DNA of 64,000 nt from Octopus vulgaris (GCA_951406725.2 OX597815.1:20770001-20834000); one strand, 5' to 3'; positions 1 through 14,080 are shown, counted from the first letter of the stretch. Made by a program: numbers and translations. Notes: generated from the sequence alone by a model not told the origin.

Positions 1-305
1 CCAAATAAGACAGGATCTAACAAAAACTACAGTGTTAGGGTTGTTTCGTTTATCTCCAGGTCAGACATATATTCAACGTGACCATCTCTGCTTTTTGTAT
101 ATTTACAACTATATTATCTAAAGTGATATTACTTTTTTAAGCCATTATGGTCCGATTTGATAACATTTTGCTTCTATTTCTAGCAAGAAGAGCGACAACA
201 TGGTGTGATTCACACGAGGTCAGTATAGAAATATTTTTTATTAGTACTGCCAGGCATTGCGACAGAGTAAGCATACATTACACACGCATATCACTCATAC
301 ATATT

Positions 306-503
<198 letters not shown>

Positions 504-2808
504 TTCGCACTTACGTGTCCATGCATATATATATATGTGTTTGTGCGTGTTTATGTGTGTCTACAATAAAGGATTCGATGAGAAATGTCAAGTTGCAACT
601 CATTTTCATATTGTTATTTTTTCTTTCTCTTTTTCTTTTGTATGAAATACTGGTTCAAACAGCTGACCTTCATCTTCATAAATTGCTATTTAATTCCACT
701 TGGACGTATTGAAGAGAAACGATCAATGTCTGTAGAATATTTTGTGATATTCACCAGTCAATTTACTTTTGCATAAATTTCTAAATTACGTTACAATGCT
801 TACGCCAGTTTGTCTGGGTTAGTCTCTAAACGCTAAATCACACATTCTATTGATGGTTATCTCTGGTAATATTTTGATGTATATCATATTGTATCTTTAC
901 TCCATCTTCTCTAATACTCGCCATCCATTTCAAATGTTCAATTTGCTACATTCCAGCGTCTTTAAACATTTTCAATTAGTAAAATGACTTTATCTCGCAT
1001 GAAATTTTCTCAAATTTCAAGAATGTTAAGTTCCAGATAATCATTATCTTGATTAAATACAAAGGTGTTCCACATTCGAAATTTTTATTCTTGTTTTTAA
1101 TTTACTTTAGTAATTTTAATGCGTTGCTGAACTCGGTTACCTTGTAAACGAAACCGATTCCTCTCCAAGTTATAGAATATTCAGTCTGAGAAACACCCTC
1201 CCCTTAACTTAATCCTATTCAGTTTGTAATAATCTCTCTTCTGTCAATTTGCTTCTAACATATGACCCATAGGATTCGAACTGTTCTACATAGAAATGAG
1301 TTCATCGCTTCATAACTGTTTCCCCATAAAGCATAATTTTTAGATAGATATTATAGCTCTCGACAATTTATAATGATTTTTTTTTCCTTCAAAGTCAATC
1401 CTCTGTCGCTATAACAAAATTAAATTTTATCTCTTACTTCTTTTCCCCCTCTTACTCTAACACAGAGTTGTTTTCAACAGCAGCCGAAATAGCTTTACTG
1501 TGCTCCTCCTTCGCCTGTGCTTATTAACTAACTCTGTAGTTTACATAGTATCAACAAAAATATCTATATTATATAAAATAATTTGTGTATCCTTTGTTTA
1601 CCGATTATATATTTCCATGGAATTGTTTGAGGCGCAGCGGTGCAAACAAACATTCGACACACTTTAAAAGTCATGTATAACATTCTAAACAACAATTGAT
1701 CTTTGAGACCGCATTCACAATCCAGCAGTCAATTTTGAAAACACGGGGTTTATGAAGAGTATTTTATCACAGCGCTATAATAGTTTAACGTAGTGACATG
1801 GCTGACACGAAGACTGACTCAATTGATGCAAAACCCTCATTAAGAGGGCAGACAAGCAATAGAAAAGCAAGCAGCCTTTGTATTAGCGTTATTGTATAGC
1901 TAACGGCAGGCAGCCATTTTAAGCGTAGCTTGAACAGCATGTTAGCCTATTTTTTTTCTTCATTTTCCCAGCCCTCCCCTGTTTGATTTTATTTGCAGAT
2001 ATTTTTTAAAAATTTTTATCTGATTTATTCATATACTTTTTTCAAAGTTCTCTTTTCTATTTTTTTTTCATCGTTGGCTCATTCACTGGATTTATTGTTT
2101 ATTTTCTTTTTATTGAGGAACATTTAAAAGAAGTATTTTTATCTCCTTTTGAAATACCCTGTAGGGGGAGCTCTGTGAACTGTGTTTTGTGGTTGGCCCA
2201 ACAAGAAACTAATATAGTCATTATCTGCCTCCAAAGCACAAAACAATTCGAAGGCTGTTTGAAAGAAACAAGAATAAGGGTTGATATCACATTTCACGTT
2301 TCTTTCATCTTGATTTTCTAGTTCTCACTCATCTCTCGCCATTTTCTTCATCATGCTTTATGAAGTTGCCAGTGCCTCATTTCTTGTCACAATATCTCAT
2401 TCCAGCAATCTAGTTGAATCATTCCTTCTAACTAGAGTGTTCAGTGAGCATTTCATTTTTATGCGTCATGGGAATTTTGTTTTTCATTTTCTATACATCT
2501 ATTGTGATGCATTATTTATTTTTATAATTATTTGAATTTTTTTTTTTACAATCTTCAAGAGAGATTGTGAATATTTTAAGATTTAATATTTTTTATTTAA
2601 CCTAACTCTCAATATTCTAAAAACAAATGGTTATATATATATCCAGGTGTATAAACTTATTTGACTTACACGCATCTAAACTAAACAAAATATTGCAATT
2701 TTAAAGAGAGGAAAATGCGAGGAACTGATTGCCATTATATTTTCCTATGTCAAATATATTTAGAAGTAAACTATGTTCGTACTGCTCAAGCGTTAACTCA
2801 TGGTTATG

Positions 2809-2864
<56 letters not shown>

Positions 2865-2885
2865 GTACATACATGCATGCATACA

Positions 2886-2919
<34 letters not shown>

Positions 2920-2926
2920 CATACAA

Positions 2927-2957
<31 letters not shown>

Positions 2958-3072
2958 TATATACATATATATATATATATAGGCATGTATATATAATAAT
3001 TATTTGAGGGAATATTAATCCTAACTTACAGGGAAAAAATTAAATTTAGAAATACTAAATCAAATTTCACAC

Positions 3073-3119
<47 letters not shown>

Positions 3120-3126
3120 TGCATAC

Positions 3127-3174
<48 letters not shown>

Positions 3175-4305
3175 CATTTAATCAGTTATTTGTTTCATTC
3201 ATTAAATTACAGCGATGTTTGGGTCCCGTTTTAAAGGATTTGGGTTGTTCATATTAATCTCATTACTTATTTCTACGCCTTATACTGATTTTAGCAATGT
3301 ATATTTATCATTTCTAGGTTATGAATCATAAAATAAACCGTCTTTTAAGTAGTGTCTAATGTAAAGACGGATACACAAAAAGTATAAATTCATACATATA
3401 AATAATTCGAACACATATTCGTACATCCATATATACTTAACTTTGGTCTAACATAATGTAGTGAACCCAAAAATTTTTTCTTAAATTAATTAGTTAAAGA
3501 TACACTGACGATGGAAAGAGAAATCACTAGAGTTAATGATAATTCTCATTGACTACAAGGGAAGCAACTCCAAAACCAAAATTGGTTCAGATTTAAATGA
3601 GAACATGCAGCAGTGAGCGGGGTTTGGTAAATTTCATTTGTGGCAATGTTCTAAGAAAGATTAGATGAAGGAATTAACCAACAAGCCAACGGCATGGCTG
3701 GAATAAATCACAAACGTTTCGATATTGTCAATGATGTATGAGCGAAAAGATAAACCAGTCGCCGAATTGAGATTTATCAAACGGCAATCACAAAATTCAC
3801 AAAATAATTCTTTTTTCAATTAAGAATTAATTCTAATGAATTAATTATCACACTTTATTGGGAATTTGCTGTTTTTTTTTAGACGGTAATAGCAGCAAAA
3901 ATGGTTTGACCCTGTAGTACTTCGTTAGCGAAGCATAGTAAGCTCGAAGACGTTTAAGTAAACAGAAGATATTACGTATAGCAAAGAGTTACAAAAATGT
4001 TTGGCCCCTAATAGTTTGATTGATATTAAACAAAATTGTGCTAAGGAAATATCACCATATATACACCTTTATTTATTTATATATATGTGTGTGTATGTAT
4101 GAATAAATATAAAAGTATATATATGTATACACACACACACACACATACAGATAAAACTTACTTGGAAGAGGATGCGTGGCGTTCAATCATATAATAATAT
4201 AATATATATATGCATATATACATACGTGTATGTACATACTTACATGTAAACGTATATGTATATATGCATATATACATACGTATATGTACATACTTACATG
4301 TATAC

Positions 4306-4392
<87 letters not shown>

Positions 4393-4890
4393 TATGTGGG
4401 CACGGGACGTCATGAAACGTGTACAACAAAAACATACGAAGCACGAGTACATGGATTATGAACTATTTTTTTTAACAACGAAAGACACAAATGGAAAACA
4501 AGACAAACAACATAAAGAACGACCCTTCATCAGTTGTTGCTGTTTTTCTACTCTCGTATTTCGAGCATTTAACAACAATATACGCTTTCGATAAAACAGT
4601 TGCTCTCGCAAAGTAAATTAATTAAAATTTGGGATTTTGCGGAGGTTCAAAATTGGTAACACAAACAGGACAGTGAAAACAAACAGGAAGGGTTGCTAAG
4701 CCTAAACGTTGTGGCGAACGCGCAGATCAAGCTTGGACAGGAGACAGACAAGAAGACGTCTTCCTTGTTTCAGCTACAACGGGGAGAAAGAAACACAAGT
4801 TGGGAGAAAATAGAAAGATGCCCGATGGTCACGTGGGAGCCACGTGAGCAAGAGAGGAGGAGTGAGAGGGAGAGAGTGACAGAGTAATAG
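4393..4890. mobile_element. Probable Penelope-like terminal fragment next to (TA)n
   Basis: Non-coding segment abutting a (TA)n tract, same context as other Penelope-like fragments here; contains CTGATGAAGGG on the minus strand but no closable fold. Confidence 0.35.
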
Positions 4891-5360
4891 GATAGAATAG
4901 TGGAAGAAAAGGTAAAAGAATTTGAAAGAGAAAGAAAGAAAAAAGGAAAGAATATATATATATATATGCATACATACATGTGTGTCTGTGTGTGTAGAAG
5001 GTAGAAAAGTAACACATGAGTTGATATGTATAAGGAAAATAAGACAAGATAGAAAATGCTAAAATAATTTTATCATGAAATACATTTTACCACCTGTTTC
5101 TGTCTTTTTAGACTTTTTCAACTGAGAGTAAAACAAGAAAAGCAATTAAATTGGAGAAAGAAATTAAGTGAAATGCTTTGTAGATATTTTCATAGTCTTT
5201 ATATATATTATATATATTTCCATAGTTTTCAGACAGTCTGTGTTTCTCTCTATTCCTTTGTGAATGCCTATATGGATATACATAATACATACATACATAC
5301 ATACATACATACATACATACATACATACATACATACATACATACATGCATACACACACAT

Positions 5361-5577
5361 TCTTTCTTTTCTACTCTAGGAACAAGGCTCGAAATTTTGG
5401 AGGAGAAGGCCAGTCGATTAGATCAACCCCAGTATGTAACTGGTAATTAATTTATCGACCCCTAAAGGATGAAAGGCAAAGTCGACCTCTGAGGAATTTG
5501 AACTCAGAACGTAGCGGCAGACGAAATACCGCTAAGCATTTCGCCCGGCGTGCTAACGTTTCTGCCATCTCATCGCC
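5361..5577 (-). mobile_element. tRNA-derived SINE, family A (Meta-like central domain)
   Basis: Minus strand GGCGATGAGATGGCAGAAACGTTAGC...GAGTTCAAATTCC (B box)...GTCGACTTTGCCTTTCATCCTTTAGGGGTCGATAAATT; homologous to 9362, 39520, 44157, 48462. Confidence 0.88.
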
Positions 5578-6319
5578 TTACAAACACATTACGAGCCGCG
5601 ACAAAGTTTCTCGTTTATAGATATTATGCGTAAGAGCATAAGAGTTGTTAAATATATCCAATTACCTATTGTGAATTACTCACAGAAGATTTCCAGAACT
5701 GATCCTTCATGCTTGTAATAGTTTGAACAATTACACTTTAGTCAAGTGGGAATGAGTACGAATTTTCAGGTGTTACTTTAACTCTTTCAATAAGCAAGCC
5801 AAGAACCATTTAAAATTAATATGCTATCATATTTCATATGCTATTGTAGCTATGCACACATACGTACTTGCGTTTATGGTCATACGTACAGAAGCGTACA
5901 CACACATATGCGCGCTCACACGCACATATCAACATATATGTGTGCATGTGTGTGTTGAATCCATGGTGAAATTACAGTCCTCTCTCAGGAAAACGAACCA
6001 GAGACCAGCTGGTTTCACGAAGCCTTTTTTTCTTTTTAACAGAAAATCATGCGTGTCTTTTCTGTTCGTTCCATACAGAGAAGAGGCAGATTACAAACTC
6101 ATATGAAAAATACTAGGAATAACAAGTGATGATGTAATTCCTTTACATGTCATACGTACGCACATTCACTTTTTATTAGTAACTGTAAGTTACTTTCTCC
6201 GCATTTGTAGAATGAAGTGGTCTCTCTTGAGTATTCAGCAAAACCAAGTGAAATGAACTGAGTTGCTTCCATGAGGTTTTCTGTAGTGAGAGAAAGGCTA
6301 AATGTATGTTAATTCAGCG

Positions 6320-6359
<40 letters not shown>

Positions 6360-6603
6360 TTGTGTGTGCGTATTATCTAGATTATACAGCATTTTTATCT
6401 AAGATAGTTTTATGACCTTTGGCGATGTCATGTTTCTACTATCTAGACTTTGATAGACAAATCGGATCATCCGTTTAATCTAAGCAATTTATTTTATAAC
6501 AACTATTTATATTATCCATAAACTAACACCAAACTTGATGTCTACCTATTATCTACAACATCTCTCTTTGTATCTTCTTGACAGCCTAAAGTATCTAACA
6601 TTC

Positions 6604-7058
6604 GGATCTTTTCGGTTTGAACGGCAGTTTTTTCTAGCGGTGTCATGTGAAATTGTCACCCATAATTATGACCCTAGTATCGATCTATTGCATTTCAATT
6701 TGTTTTAGGGTTAGGGTTAGAGTTAGAGTTAATTAGGGTTAGTTAGGGTTAGGGTTAGGGGTGGGGGGAAGGGTATCTTTTTTCTTCACAAATGTAAATA
6801 AACCCAATCTGTTTCTTAAACGAGGGACATATTCATACGGCACAGACTGTTTCATCTCAATAGACGTCATTGATTGGTTGAAATTGCAGAAATTGAAGGA
6901 AAAAAAGCAACAAATATCTTACAAACTATAGAATTTTCTCAATAAATCCAAGAGAAAAAGATGTTTTATAAACACATTCAACCAGTATACGAAGTTTAAA
7001 AGTGTTTAGTTACGTGGAAATTATTAAAAAAAAACTGCCGGTCAAACCGAAAAGATCC
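6604..7058. mobile_element. MITE with ~30-bp TIRs and internal TTAGGG repeats
   Basis: GGATCTTTTCGGTTTGAACGGCAGTTTTTT at 6604 versus AAAAAACTGCCGGTCAAACCGAAAAGATCC ending at 7058; flanks AACATTC/ATCATTC (imperfect 7-bp TSD). Confidence 0.85.
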
Positions 7059-7599
7059 ATCATTCTTTATTCCCTATAATGTTATTGAGGAGATATCTTC
7101 CGTGTTAAAAATTGAAAATATTAGATTTTATGTAATCATTAATTAAAATGTCTTTATATATTATAAGTAAATTACTCCTGACTTTATTGTCCTGACATTT
7201 ACTATTTATCTGTACTCTACGACTCTTATAGGCCACAAACCTTTAACATTGAATTTATCTTTGTAATACCACGGATTTTTCCTCAGACATTTGTTTTGGA
7301 GTGTAATGAAACATATAGTGTTCAACTGCTTGGTCGTGTATCGTACACTTCACTGGACGCTTTAATAACTTCACATACACATACGCACTTCCACACCAAC
7401 ACTTACTCCCATATATATATTTAGACAGGTATATTTGTCGAACGTTTATTAATAATTCTTTATCTTTTATAATATATATAAACGCAATCATAACTGCCTG
7501 CCTAAGAATATCGTTTCGTAACCTCGTTCTTCAGAGTGCAATCTCACTGGTACAGAGTGTAAATATAATCTGTCATAGCCTCTTGCTCTTGCATTACTT

Positions 7600-9335
7600 T
7601 AGAAGAATCCGCTATGCTGTAGGCATTCGGACGAAACTCCGGACAGAGGATAACTTCATTCCACCAACATCGGAGATTTAAATGGTCCTGGAAGTGTTCC
7701 ATCTTCTCTGATGAAATCATTGACAGTATATTTACTCAAATATTTATTTAGACGCTTAAAATTTATTGCCTTTTTAAAATCAAATTTGCATTGTGAGAAT
7801 GATACAGCTAATTATTTTAGATATATAAAGAAAATATATCATTAAGCATTGTGCGTAAGAAACGTTTTTCTTGGCAAAAGAAATCGATAGAAAACTTTTA
7901 GCTCTCCATAACATCAACCCCAGCTGTTACCCCAGTGCAAAACCACCCGACATTCCTGTCATTAACTTACAAACTCAATTCAATAACAATGTTGAAGGTA
8001 CACGATGATTTCTTGCAAAAAAATTATGGACCTATTTCTCTCACTTTCACACGTCTAAAATTATCGAACGCATTGTCCGAAAAAGAATACTTAAATATCT
8101 TAAGGAAAACAACCTCTTAGATGACACACAGCATGGTTTTCGGACTGGACGAAGTTGCCTGTCACAACTATTACAACACCATAATACTATCCTTAATATT
8201 TTCTTCAGAGGAAAGAACATTGATTGCTTATACCTTGATTTTGTTAAGGTGTTTGACAAGATTGAACAGGGAATCATTTATCATAAGTTAAGGGATCTTG
8301 GTATCAATCAGGACACGGTTTTAGGACCATTAATATTTATCATCACTGTATCAGGTATAGGGTGACAAGTGCACCAGACCAACCTAATGGATTACGCCAA
8401 TGACAAAAGTAATCCAGAAGATACTGTCACACTATAAAATGAACTGAATCTCAGATGGAAACTATGAAATTTAGTACATCAAAATTTCAGTTTCTTCATT
8501 ATGGAGGGATTTACACACGGATCACAATATTTTCCACCAGGTAATACAATCATTCAGAACATTAAGGACATAAGTGACTGAGGAGTAATCATGTTAAATG
8601 ATGTATCTTTCATCAGTCCCATCACCAAACTGACCGGTAAATCCAGTCATCTCAAAGGATGGATCCTATGAACTTTTGTGACAAGAGAACCGGTAGTTAT
8701 GCTAATACTATGAAAAACTCTATTTCTGGGCAGATTAGATTACTGTTAACATCTTTGGTCCCGAAACTCACCCAGTCTAATAGAAGAAATTGAAGGATTA
8801 CAAACAACGCTCACTAGTAAAATATCTTCGGTTAAAAGCCTCATTTAATGGGAACGTCTGAAAGCATTGCGTCTCTACTCTCTTGAACGCCAAAAAGTGA
8901 TATATATATTTATTATCATATTCGTATGAAAAATCCTGGAGGGGCATGTTCCAAACTTCGGCATTAGAGAGAATTCTAATGCACGAACCGGTAGGTATAG
9001 TCAGTTTCCAAACATACCACCTTCGAAATTACTAGCAAAACCATTCTATTATCCCAGTCTCATATTTAAAGGCTCTCAACTGTTCAACTGCCTACCTAAA
9101 GAAACCAGGAACCGCTACTGAGACATTAAAGAAAAAAAACATCGGATAAATTCCTAACGACGATGCAGGGCCAGCCAATTATTCAAAGATACACCCACGG
9201 AAGATCAGGCGCTACAAACTCAATCATGGACCAACTTCCAACCATAAAGTGACTGGATGAAAATAAAGGCGGTGCTCCAGCATGGTCACAATCCTATGAC
9301 TGAAACCGTTAAAAGAATAAAAAGAATGAAAGAAC
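7600..9335 (+). mobile_element. Decayed CR1/L2-group LINE (RT, C-terminus and 3' tail)
   Basis: Frameshifted motifs NYGPISLT, QHGFRTGRSCLSQLL, YLDFVKVFDKI, TVLGPLIFII, YAND, LRLYSLER, FKGSQLFNCLP; ends in GGCGGTGCTCCAGCATGG...TGACTGAAAC plus A-rich repeat. Start coordinate approximate. Confidence 0.82.
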
Positions 9336-9361
9336 GAGTATAAACATACACACACACATTA

Positions 9362-9590
9362 AGGCGAGCTGGCAGAAACGTTAGCAGGCCGGGCGAAATG
9401 CGTAGCCGTATTTCGTCTGTCATTACGTCGTGAGTTCAAATTCCGCCGAGCTCGACTTTGCTTTTCATCCTTTCGGGGTCGATAAATTAAGTACCAGTTA
9501 CGCACTGGGGTCGATGTAATCGACTTAATCCGTATGTCTGTCCTTGTTTGTCCCCTCTGTGTTTAGCCCCTTGTGGGCAATAAAGAAATA
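9362..9590 (+). mobile_element. tRNA-derived SINE, family A
   Basis: GGCGAGCTGGCAGAAACGTTAGC...GAGTTCAAATTCCGCCGAG...CTTTTCATCCTTTCGGGGTCGATAAATTAAGTACCAG; ends GGGCAATAAAGAAATA. Confidence 0.9.
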
Positions 9591-10900
9591 TATATACATA
9601 CACACACACACATGTATATACACGTCTCTGTGTGTGCGTGTACGCCTGTACATATACATACGTACACATACACGCGCACGCACATATATTGTCCTTTTTT
9701 CTTTGAACTGAAATGGTATAATATATATGTACAGTTTTCATTGATTTCTCTCATGAAAACAACAACAATAAAAGCTAAGCACCGACTTACAGAAAATGCA
9801 TGAACGATGAGATATCGATATAAAACATCTTTGGAAAAATTGAACTCAAGAAGAATCACAGAAAGCTTAAGATTCATAGAAAACGTAAAAATACAACGGA
9901 ACCAAGTATGAAAATACCAAGAATACGAACAATAACACACTCATATTTAAGTCTTCTTTTTTCTCTTTTATACATTCATTTTTGGTTTATTTGTTTTCTA
10001 AATTTACTTCATCAAATTCTAACTAAACGTATTATATTATATTGTACGATAGTCTATTTTTTTTGTCTTTGTTTCTTCTTGTTGTCTCTTCCCCCACATC
10101 AACCCCCGGATTCTTTTTATTTTTTACATCCGTCGCCTACTTCGAATCTCTCAACCAACATTTAACAATTCTACTTGTCTCTTTATATCTTGGTAGCTGC
10201 TTTCTTTCAGATACGCTTTCATTTTCAATCATCGCAAGGTTTTGACTACTTTTAAAACGCCGTCTCCCTCTCCCCACCTCCTTCTCGACACTGCTGTCAC
10301 TATCACCACCACCACCACCACCACCACCACCACCACCACCACCACCACTGTCTCTCTCTCTCTCTCTCTTACTGACATCATACCTCCATAACACTTTCCC
10401 TCTCCGCACCATCACCGCGCTCATCTTTAAACGTCTCACAAACTCTTCTCAATCGTTGCTTTTCTTTTAATCTCATATCATTCATTTCTGACTCCGATTT
10501 CACGTCTTTATTCGAATCACTCTCTTGGCTTTTCTCTATTTCAACTAACACCATTGTTATTGTTGAACATCGGTAACGCCTTGCCGGAAGTACGCTCAGT
10601 CACATCCGGGTACAGCTCCTCAGCTTAATGTCACTATCTAATGGATGCTAGTATTTTGAAGGAAAACAAAATACCTCTTTATATTTGTATTCTTCTTCTT
10701 CTTCTTTTATTGGTCTTCAATTCAGTCTTTTTGCTTTCTTTGTCTTTTCGTCAGCTAATTGTTCATTCCTCCCGTTTCCTTTTCTTCCTCCCTTATTTGC
10801 TATTTTCAGCGTTTACCGAAATTATATATATATATATGAACACTCATACTCAAAAACCCACACACATAAACGCACTATGTATCATATTAATGTATGTATG

Positions 10901-10942
<42 letters not shown>

Positions 10943-11052
10943 TGTATCAGCATAGCCACAGTCAAATGACTGAAGCGTGTAAAAGAATAAAAGAATATAT
11001 AGATGCATGTATGTATGTAAGAATGTATGTGTATTTGTAAGTATGCAAGCAC

Positions 11053-11197
<145 letters not shown>

Positions 11198-11436
11198 GAA
11201 TCGTCGATCACATCAACCTCATCGCATTTTTATTCTATCGATTCCTGTATGAATAAATGCAAAGTTGAATTGGGTGAGATTTGAAGATAGAAAGCAAAGG
11301 ATACAGATAATAAAGCCTCTACTTATTTTGTCCGATGAACGGTTTACTATTTCTTCCGCCACCCAATAGCGATACACTCTCCTCAAGTACGTTACTTATA
11401 CGTATATATACATACATACATACATACATACATACA

Positions 11437-11470
<34 letters not shown>

Positions 11471-12771
11471 CATATAAACATACCTACATACATACATACA
11501 TATAAACATACCTACATACATACATATATACATACATATATACATACATATATACATACATACATATATACATGTATACATACATACATATATACATGAA
11601 TACATACATACACATGCACACACAAATTCATTCATACATACAGACGGACATACAGACACAAAGACAAAGATATATTTATACATGGATGGATGGAACGATG
11701 GATAGATGGATAGATGGATGGATGTATGGATGGAAAGCGACTTATATGTATGCATTAGTGTGTGTATGTGTGTTTTCTAATCTTAATAGCATTGAAATCT
11801 GCGTTGGAAAGAAAACTGTGGCATCTATGTATAAGGAACCCCCGAGTCTCGACTATTTCTAAAATGTAGCAAAAGTGTTTATTGTGTCAGTGCTTAACAC
11901 CAAGTCAGCTCTGATCTAGCAAACCTATGATGGGGTTTGTTTCGACTATGGCTTTTCTCTTTTATATTCAAGCTAAATGCATCTACAACCACATAATCTA
12001 TGTCATCTCTTTTTTAAAAAGGTAGATGTGATTTAAAAGAAATTGTGTTGCTGTTCCTATTCAACGTTGGTGTGATCCCGTTTATTTTGAGGTATGGTTA
12101 TATTTATATTGCATTAGCCATTGTGTCCTTCCCATTTTAAGAGAATAAAGTGTAATGCGATAAATGAATACAAGATTATTTTGTGTATCCTTCTGTTTTG
12201 TGAACGCCCCCAGACGATGAAGTAGGCTAGCCCAATACGTAGATATAAAGGGTGAAGCCTAGACGTCAGGAGCACAGCTATGAGGGAGTAGCAGTCGTAG
12301 TAGACTAGAAAAGAGTAGAGTAGAAGAGGCATCCGGACATGCGACATAACACCTTCCCATTTTAAGAGAATATAATGTGATATCAGAGAAAATTGGCTGC
12401 TGTTTTATACGGTGCATTTGATAAGTCAATACAGCAAATTATTTCCAAAGAAATATAAGAAAAGCTAAAATAATGTCGAACAGATCGACGACTGGGAAGT
12501 ATTATGAAAGTACAAATTAGAAAGAAGAGTGAAATGACATTAACACCAAACTGTAATAACGGCAAAATCCTGAGATTTCACCCTCCACTGCTACTGTGTG
12601 ACCAGACAGTAACAGAACCAGTATTGTTGTAGGGGAAAGAAAAAAATGCAAATATACAATAGAATGTGAAATAATTGATGTTATAATTATCAAGGAACAA
12701 GAACAAGGCAAGTTTAAAAAGTATCAGAATTTCAAAAGAGAAGTTATCAATATCAGGGCCTTATTATTATA

Positions 12772-12842
<71 letters not shown>

Positions 12843-12845
12843 CAT

Positions 12846-12900
12846 TGAGTGAGAGAGCAGTGCATGCCATCAAAGTAACACTGGGGTAAAATATACGAAG
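12846..12900 (-). mobile_element. 3' fragment of the ~550-bp TAA-associated non-autonomous element
   Basis: TGAGTGAGAGAGCAGTGCATGCCATCAAAGTAACACTGGGGTAAAATATACGAAG matches 47846-47896 and 49182-49237; abuts (TTA)n. Confidence 0.8.
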
Positions 12901-13023
12901 TCCCTCTTTGTTGCCGACAATAGACTGCGACTGCGTAGTGGATTTGAAAAAAAATAAAATGTACAAGCAATGAGTTTACATGCTGGATTGACCTCGTTAT
13001 ATGTATATTTAATATAAGGCTTA

Positions 13024-13097
13024 CCCGCTGATGAAGACTTAGCTTCGGTAAATAATAATTTTTATTTACTGAAATAAGTCAGAAACCATGGTCTGGG
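13024..13097 (+). ncRNA. Type I hammerhead ribozyme motif with extended stem II
   Basis: CCCG-CTGATGA-A-GACTTA[gc-TTCGGTAAATAA...TTATTTACTGAA-a]TAAGTC-A-GAAA-CCATG-GTC-TGGG; palindromic stem III ACCATGGT; predicted cleavage after C13093. Confidence 0.7.
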
Positions 13098-13514
13098 AAT
13101 TAAATTAGATGGTAAATGTTTTTATTTTTCAATCCCTTCGAGAATTTATCCCTAATTAGTGGTTTGGACTTTAACTGTTCTTTCTAGCGTAATGGATTCA
13201 TATGATGGAAGCCTCTTAATGTGTTTTAATGTACACTGTATTATATATATATATATATATATTAGAGGGAAACCACTATGTGGACACCCATATGCTAGAA
13301 ATAGATCCGCTACGGTTTCACCACCAAGAAATGTTCTCAAGATAACTTTAGCAAAACAACCATCGAGCAAGACAAAAGAAAAAGTAATAAAAATATGGAT
13401 TATAATAGTTTTACTGAACCTTCAGTTTTTTTTAATGCTAGATCACGGGTGTGAAATCGATGTTAATTAAATTAATATCTAATTTCTCACCTTATTTTAA
13501 AATTATATATATAT

Positions 13515-13728
13515 ACGCGATGGGTGCTGAAAATTCCCTGGCTTTGAGTAAAGAAAATACAGGTGGATCAGTTAATTATGATTATATTTAACACACTCCC
13601 CTCTCAGATTCACATAATGCAGCAGTTCGACAGTTTTTCTAAGACCAGTAAAAGGACTTGGAAAGGTTGGTCCTCCACCCAGGCCATTCGCGATAAACTT
13701 AACGCCAGGATCTTTTCAGCATCACTCG
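13515..13728. mobile_element. Tc1/mariner-type MITE
   Basis: Imperfect TIRs CGATGGGTGCTGAAAATTCCCTGGC / GCCAGGATCTTTTCAGCATCACTCG, with TA on both flanks. Confidence 0.7.
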
Positions 13729-13749
13729 TATATATGTATATATATTTAA

Positions 13750-13865
13750 GGTGCGCTAGCGAAAATGTCAGCACGAGGGTCAAAGGGCTTCGTGTCATCT
13801 TTGCCGTCTTCTGGCTCTTTACGTTCTGAGTTTAAATTCCATCAAGGTCAGCTTTGCCTTCATGC
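13750..13865 (+). mobile_element. Degenerate SINE family A, 5' part
   Basis: TTACGTTCTGAGTTTAAATTCC...GGTCAGCTTTGCCTTCAT similar to family A. Confidence 0.6.
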
Positions 13866-13972
13866 AGCAAAATTACTGGCATTGGACCCTGCAACGGACC
13901 GACGTTCTGTTCAGGGGCAAATGTTATCTCGGTCATTTATACGTCGTAGAATAGAGTTCTAGCTTACAAATA

Positions 13973-14026
<54 letters not shown>

Positions 14027-14080
14027 TGTGTGTTGTGGAGAGTAGTTGGTACCCTGAAGCTGTTAGTTTATAACTCTAAT

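Larger units (their letters stand above)
12480..13240 (+). mobile_element. Probable Penelope-like element 3' remnant with hammerhead, interrupted by (TTA)n and an insert
   Basis: Weak peptide IIIKEQEQ...KREVINIR reminiscent of the region after PLE GIY-YIG, followed by a hammerhead at 13024 and a (TA)n flank. Confidence 0.45.

Noticed and set aside
800-1550. Possible ancient LINE endonuclease remnant on the minus strand
   Set aside because: Only one weak RGG-like motif; insufficient support.
2099-2290. HMG-box-like PSNCFVLWRQ
   Set aside because: Only a few residues resemble the motif and the remaining HMG helices are absent.
4520-4600. Hammerhead at minus-strand CTGATGAAGGG
   Set aside because: No matching stem II/GAAA downstream, and a permuted fold lacks the A15.1-U16.1 pair.
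6705-6772. True telomere or chromosome-fusion site
   Set aside because: Few, degenerate repeats enclosed within MITE TIRs.
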